Assembly (NCBI GenBank): GCA_050084515.1 | Contig: CM114271.1 | Location: forward strand, 1,178,001 to 1,242,000 | Direction of reading: 5' to 3' | Origin: Blasia pusilla | Lineage: Eukaryota | DNA: 64,000 nt | Shown here: positions 62,612-64,000 of the stretch, piece by piece | Layout: each line of letters opens with the position of its first letter | How positions within the stretch are numbered: the stretch's first letter is position 1 | The notes under the pieces: generated by a model | The model's input: only the letters and a program-made list of their open reading frames with translations | Told to the model about the DNA's origin: nothing | Database searches by the model: none | Translations under genes and position numbers: made by a program

Positions 62612-64000
62612 TGTCGCGCCCCTACTCTCCTTGAACGTCAATCTTTAGTGTTGCGGAAGCGTGCGTTCAGTAGGTCACGAACTCATCGCCGATCTGCACC
62701 CAAACACGCACTCTCGTTAGTCGGGTTTGGCCAACCAGCGTTCCAACCCACCCAGTCCTCAACTCGGCGTCTCATCAAGCTCAACCTTCCTTAGTTCCTA
62801 GCTCCCAACACATGGCAAGTCCTTCAAGACTTGGAATAGACTTCCTGGTTAGTCCAGGGATCTGAAACGGCACTTACACGCCTAGCGATCCCAACTGTTC
62901 AACAGTCCTCGTGTGAGTTCCGAACCGAGACCCAAGTAATTGAGTCGCGGCGTGAAATCCAAGAGGGATGTCTAAAATCGCCTCAATGGACTTGGTGCAG
63001 GTTTTCCAACCCAACGCCCAAACTCGCGTTCCGTTCCATGCCCTTGAGCCGCCCCGTGGCGCCCAAAGTGGGGTTTGGGTTCCAAGCACTCCCAGAGACC
63101 TTCCCCCTTACTAGTACTTCTGGGGTTCTCCAATAACCCCTCCCCTTTGGGAAAAGAGGTCCGGGCCCTTCATTGTGGCCCTCAACCCGACTCCACTTAC
63201 AGTCGTTTTTGGGTCGTATCTCGGCTGCTGCTTATGGGTTTGCAGCGATCTTTAGTGCGTTTGAACCGGCTCTCCATAAGCTTTCCAACGCACTCTTATT
63301 TGCTTCAAACGCATCTCGGCGCTAAAAGTTATGGCCATAAATACAGTCGGAAACTCTCAAACGCAAGTGGCGTTCCAAGTCCGGATCTTTCCTTTGGCAA
63401 CCCACTTCCTAGACTCGACTTCTTTCAAGTCTCATTCCACGTTTGGTCCAGGTTTCCGAGTCGCGACCATCATATCTGAAACGCGACTTCTCGCTCGCGT
63501 CTCATCTCTTGTCTCCTCTTTGAGACAACTCCAACGCGCAAACCATCTTAGCGTGAGCCCGCTAATGTTCCGATGTTCCGCTTGGCACTTGTTTGGTCAT
63601 GAGGGTCGCGACACTCACCCCTCTTTTAGAGGTTGATGCCCTCATCAACGCAAACCTTTATTATGCCAAGTCTCCTGGGCAGCCTACCCCTTGACATTGA
63701 ATTGCGTTCTGGTGGCTAACCCGCAATTCCTCTTAGTCTTTAGTTGTCGCTTTGCCCCACTTAGAATTATTAGCCTCTCATCTTCGATAAGCCTGGACTA
63801 GTTCCAAGGAACTAACCTATCAAATAAGCTAACTAAGTGTGCAACGTTAGACTCTTTCGACTCATTCGTAAACATCACACCTGCTTACCTGGTCCACAAA
63901 TCGCACTACTATTGGGTCGCTCTCGATTCGACTTAGGCACGTCACTAAATTTACTTATGTGGCCACAAGTAAGATCACCCCAAGCCCCAAGACAGACTTC
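62612..64000 (-). mobile_element. 3' end of another LTR retrotransposon (LTR 62612-63613) nested in the Gypsy remnant, body continues past the window
   Basis: 1002-bp segment with perfect 7-bp inverted ends TGTCGCG...CGCGACA, followed by CTCACCCCTC (minus-strand PPT GAGGGGTGAG). Composition switches abruptly at 62612. Confidence 0.7.

Overview
Eukaryotic land-plant nuclear DNA with spliceosomal introns, a plastid transit peptide and plant tRNA-iMet primer sites. Its style suggests a non-seed plant such as a bryophyte, which is inference only. From left to right: (1) the 3' 7.6 kb of an intron-containing Helitron with a disrupted RepHel and an intact hairpin+CTAG end; (2) a ~23 kb, ~29-exon MORC gene (GHKL ATPase-S5, zf-CW, coiled coil; ~1090 aa by manual splicing) that needs a minor-spliceosome AT-AC intron, probably has a GC-AG intron and an 18-nt microexon, and hosts in its introns a half-tRNA-primed Copia element plus a solo LTR of the same family; (3) an AT-rich repeat-derived spacer with a perfect 57-bp palindrome; (4) a 3-exon EMB2735-like gene with one apparent 1-nt frameshift; (5) a second full-length decayed Copia element with an apparent 4-bp TSD; (6) an intronless plastid phosphoserine aminotransferase CDS; (7) a possible convergent unannotated spliced transcript; (8) nested, rearranged Ty3/Gypsy pieces running off the right end. 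All exon models were read by eye and no database searches were run. I see no wholly new system. The most notable items are the CW-MORC architecture, its U12 intron and its colonisation by transposons.
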